The notes below the pieces were generated by a model. That model searched no databases. It saw only the letters and a program-made list of their open reading frames with translations, and was not told the DNA's origin. The translations under genes and the position numbers were made by a program. Below, in pieces: positions 63,597 to 64,000 of a DNA stretch of 64,000 nucleotides; position 1 is the first letter of the stretch, and every line of letters begins with the position of its first letter. Location of the stretch: the NCBI RefSeq assembly GCF_018350175.1, contig NC_058383.1, positions 21,082,001 to 21,146,000 on the forward strand. The letters run 5' to 3'. Source of the stretch: Felis catus (Eukaryota).

Positions 63597-63960
63597 TGTA
63601 TCAGTTAGCTGTTGTCACATAACAAACAATTACAAAGTATCAGTGGCCGAAAGCAGTAGGCAATTACTTCTCATTCCCGCGTCTGCAGCTCAGCTAGGGT
63701 TCAGCGGCGTGCTCCCGGGCTTGGCCAGGCTTCAGGTCTGGCTCACGTCACCTGGGGTCACTCTGCTCCCGTTCTGGGGCCCAGGGCCCCCGGGAGGCAG
63801 AAGAGTGGCTCCCTGAGGAGCCAGCAAAAACACACAATGCCTTTAAAGCCTGGGCTCAGAATTCATGGGGTGTCTCTTCCAACTACATTCCTCCGGCCAC
63901 AGCAAGCCGCTTGGCAAAGTCACAATAATAATCAGTGATGTCACACAATCTCCACGAGAG
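63597..63960 (-). mobile_element. Ancient MLT1-type LTR fragment
   Basis: TGTATCAGTTAGCTGTTG...CATAACAAAC...CATTCCTCCGGCCACAGCAAG. Confidence 0.6.
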
Positions 63961-64000
63961 CCCTATGGAGCATAGAAAATCACCTCCATTTCCCAGGTAA

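Overview
Mammalian genomic DNA, almost certainly from a cat-family carnivore: it carries about 36 tRNA-derived Can-SINEs, some of the young felid SINEC_Fc type, plus a carnivore L1 3' end. The window is repeat-dense intergenic or intronic sequence containing Can-SINEs, old and young L1 fragments, several solo ERV LTRs with visible termini and target-site duplications (TSDs), MaLR/MLT1 elements, ancient DNA transposons (MER44, MER20, MER5, MER96B-like) and MIRs. I could not identify any protein-coding gene. The ORF track is mostly SINE-derived or chance ORFs, and there is no rRNA, tRNA or CRISPR array. I found no convincing new biological system. The best leads are: (1) a CpG-rich candidate promoter at ~20.6-21.4 kb; (2) a chain of minus-strand splice-bounded segments (possible lncRNA or decayed gene); (3) a diverged ~500-bp-period duplication with a Ser/Pro/Thr-rich minus-strand frame at 3.2-4.2 kb; (4) a young solo LTR inserted into the terminal bases of an older LTR; (5) a SINE dimer under a single TSD and repeated SINE insertion at one site; (6) a nested-palindrome scar at 44.5 kb. 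Repeat family names come from recalled consensus resemblance, not a database search, and most boundaries are approximate.
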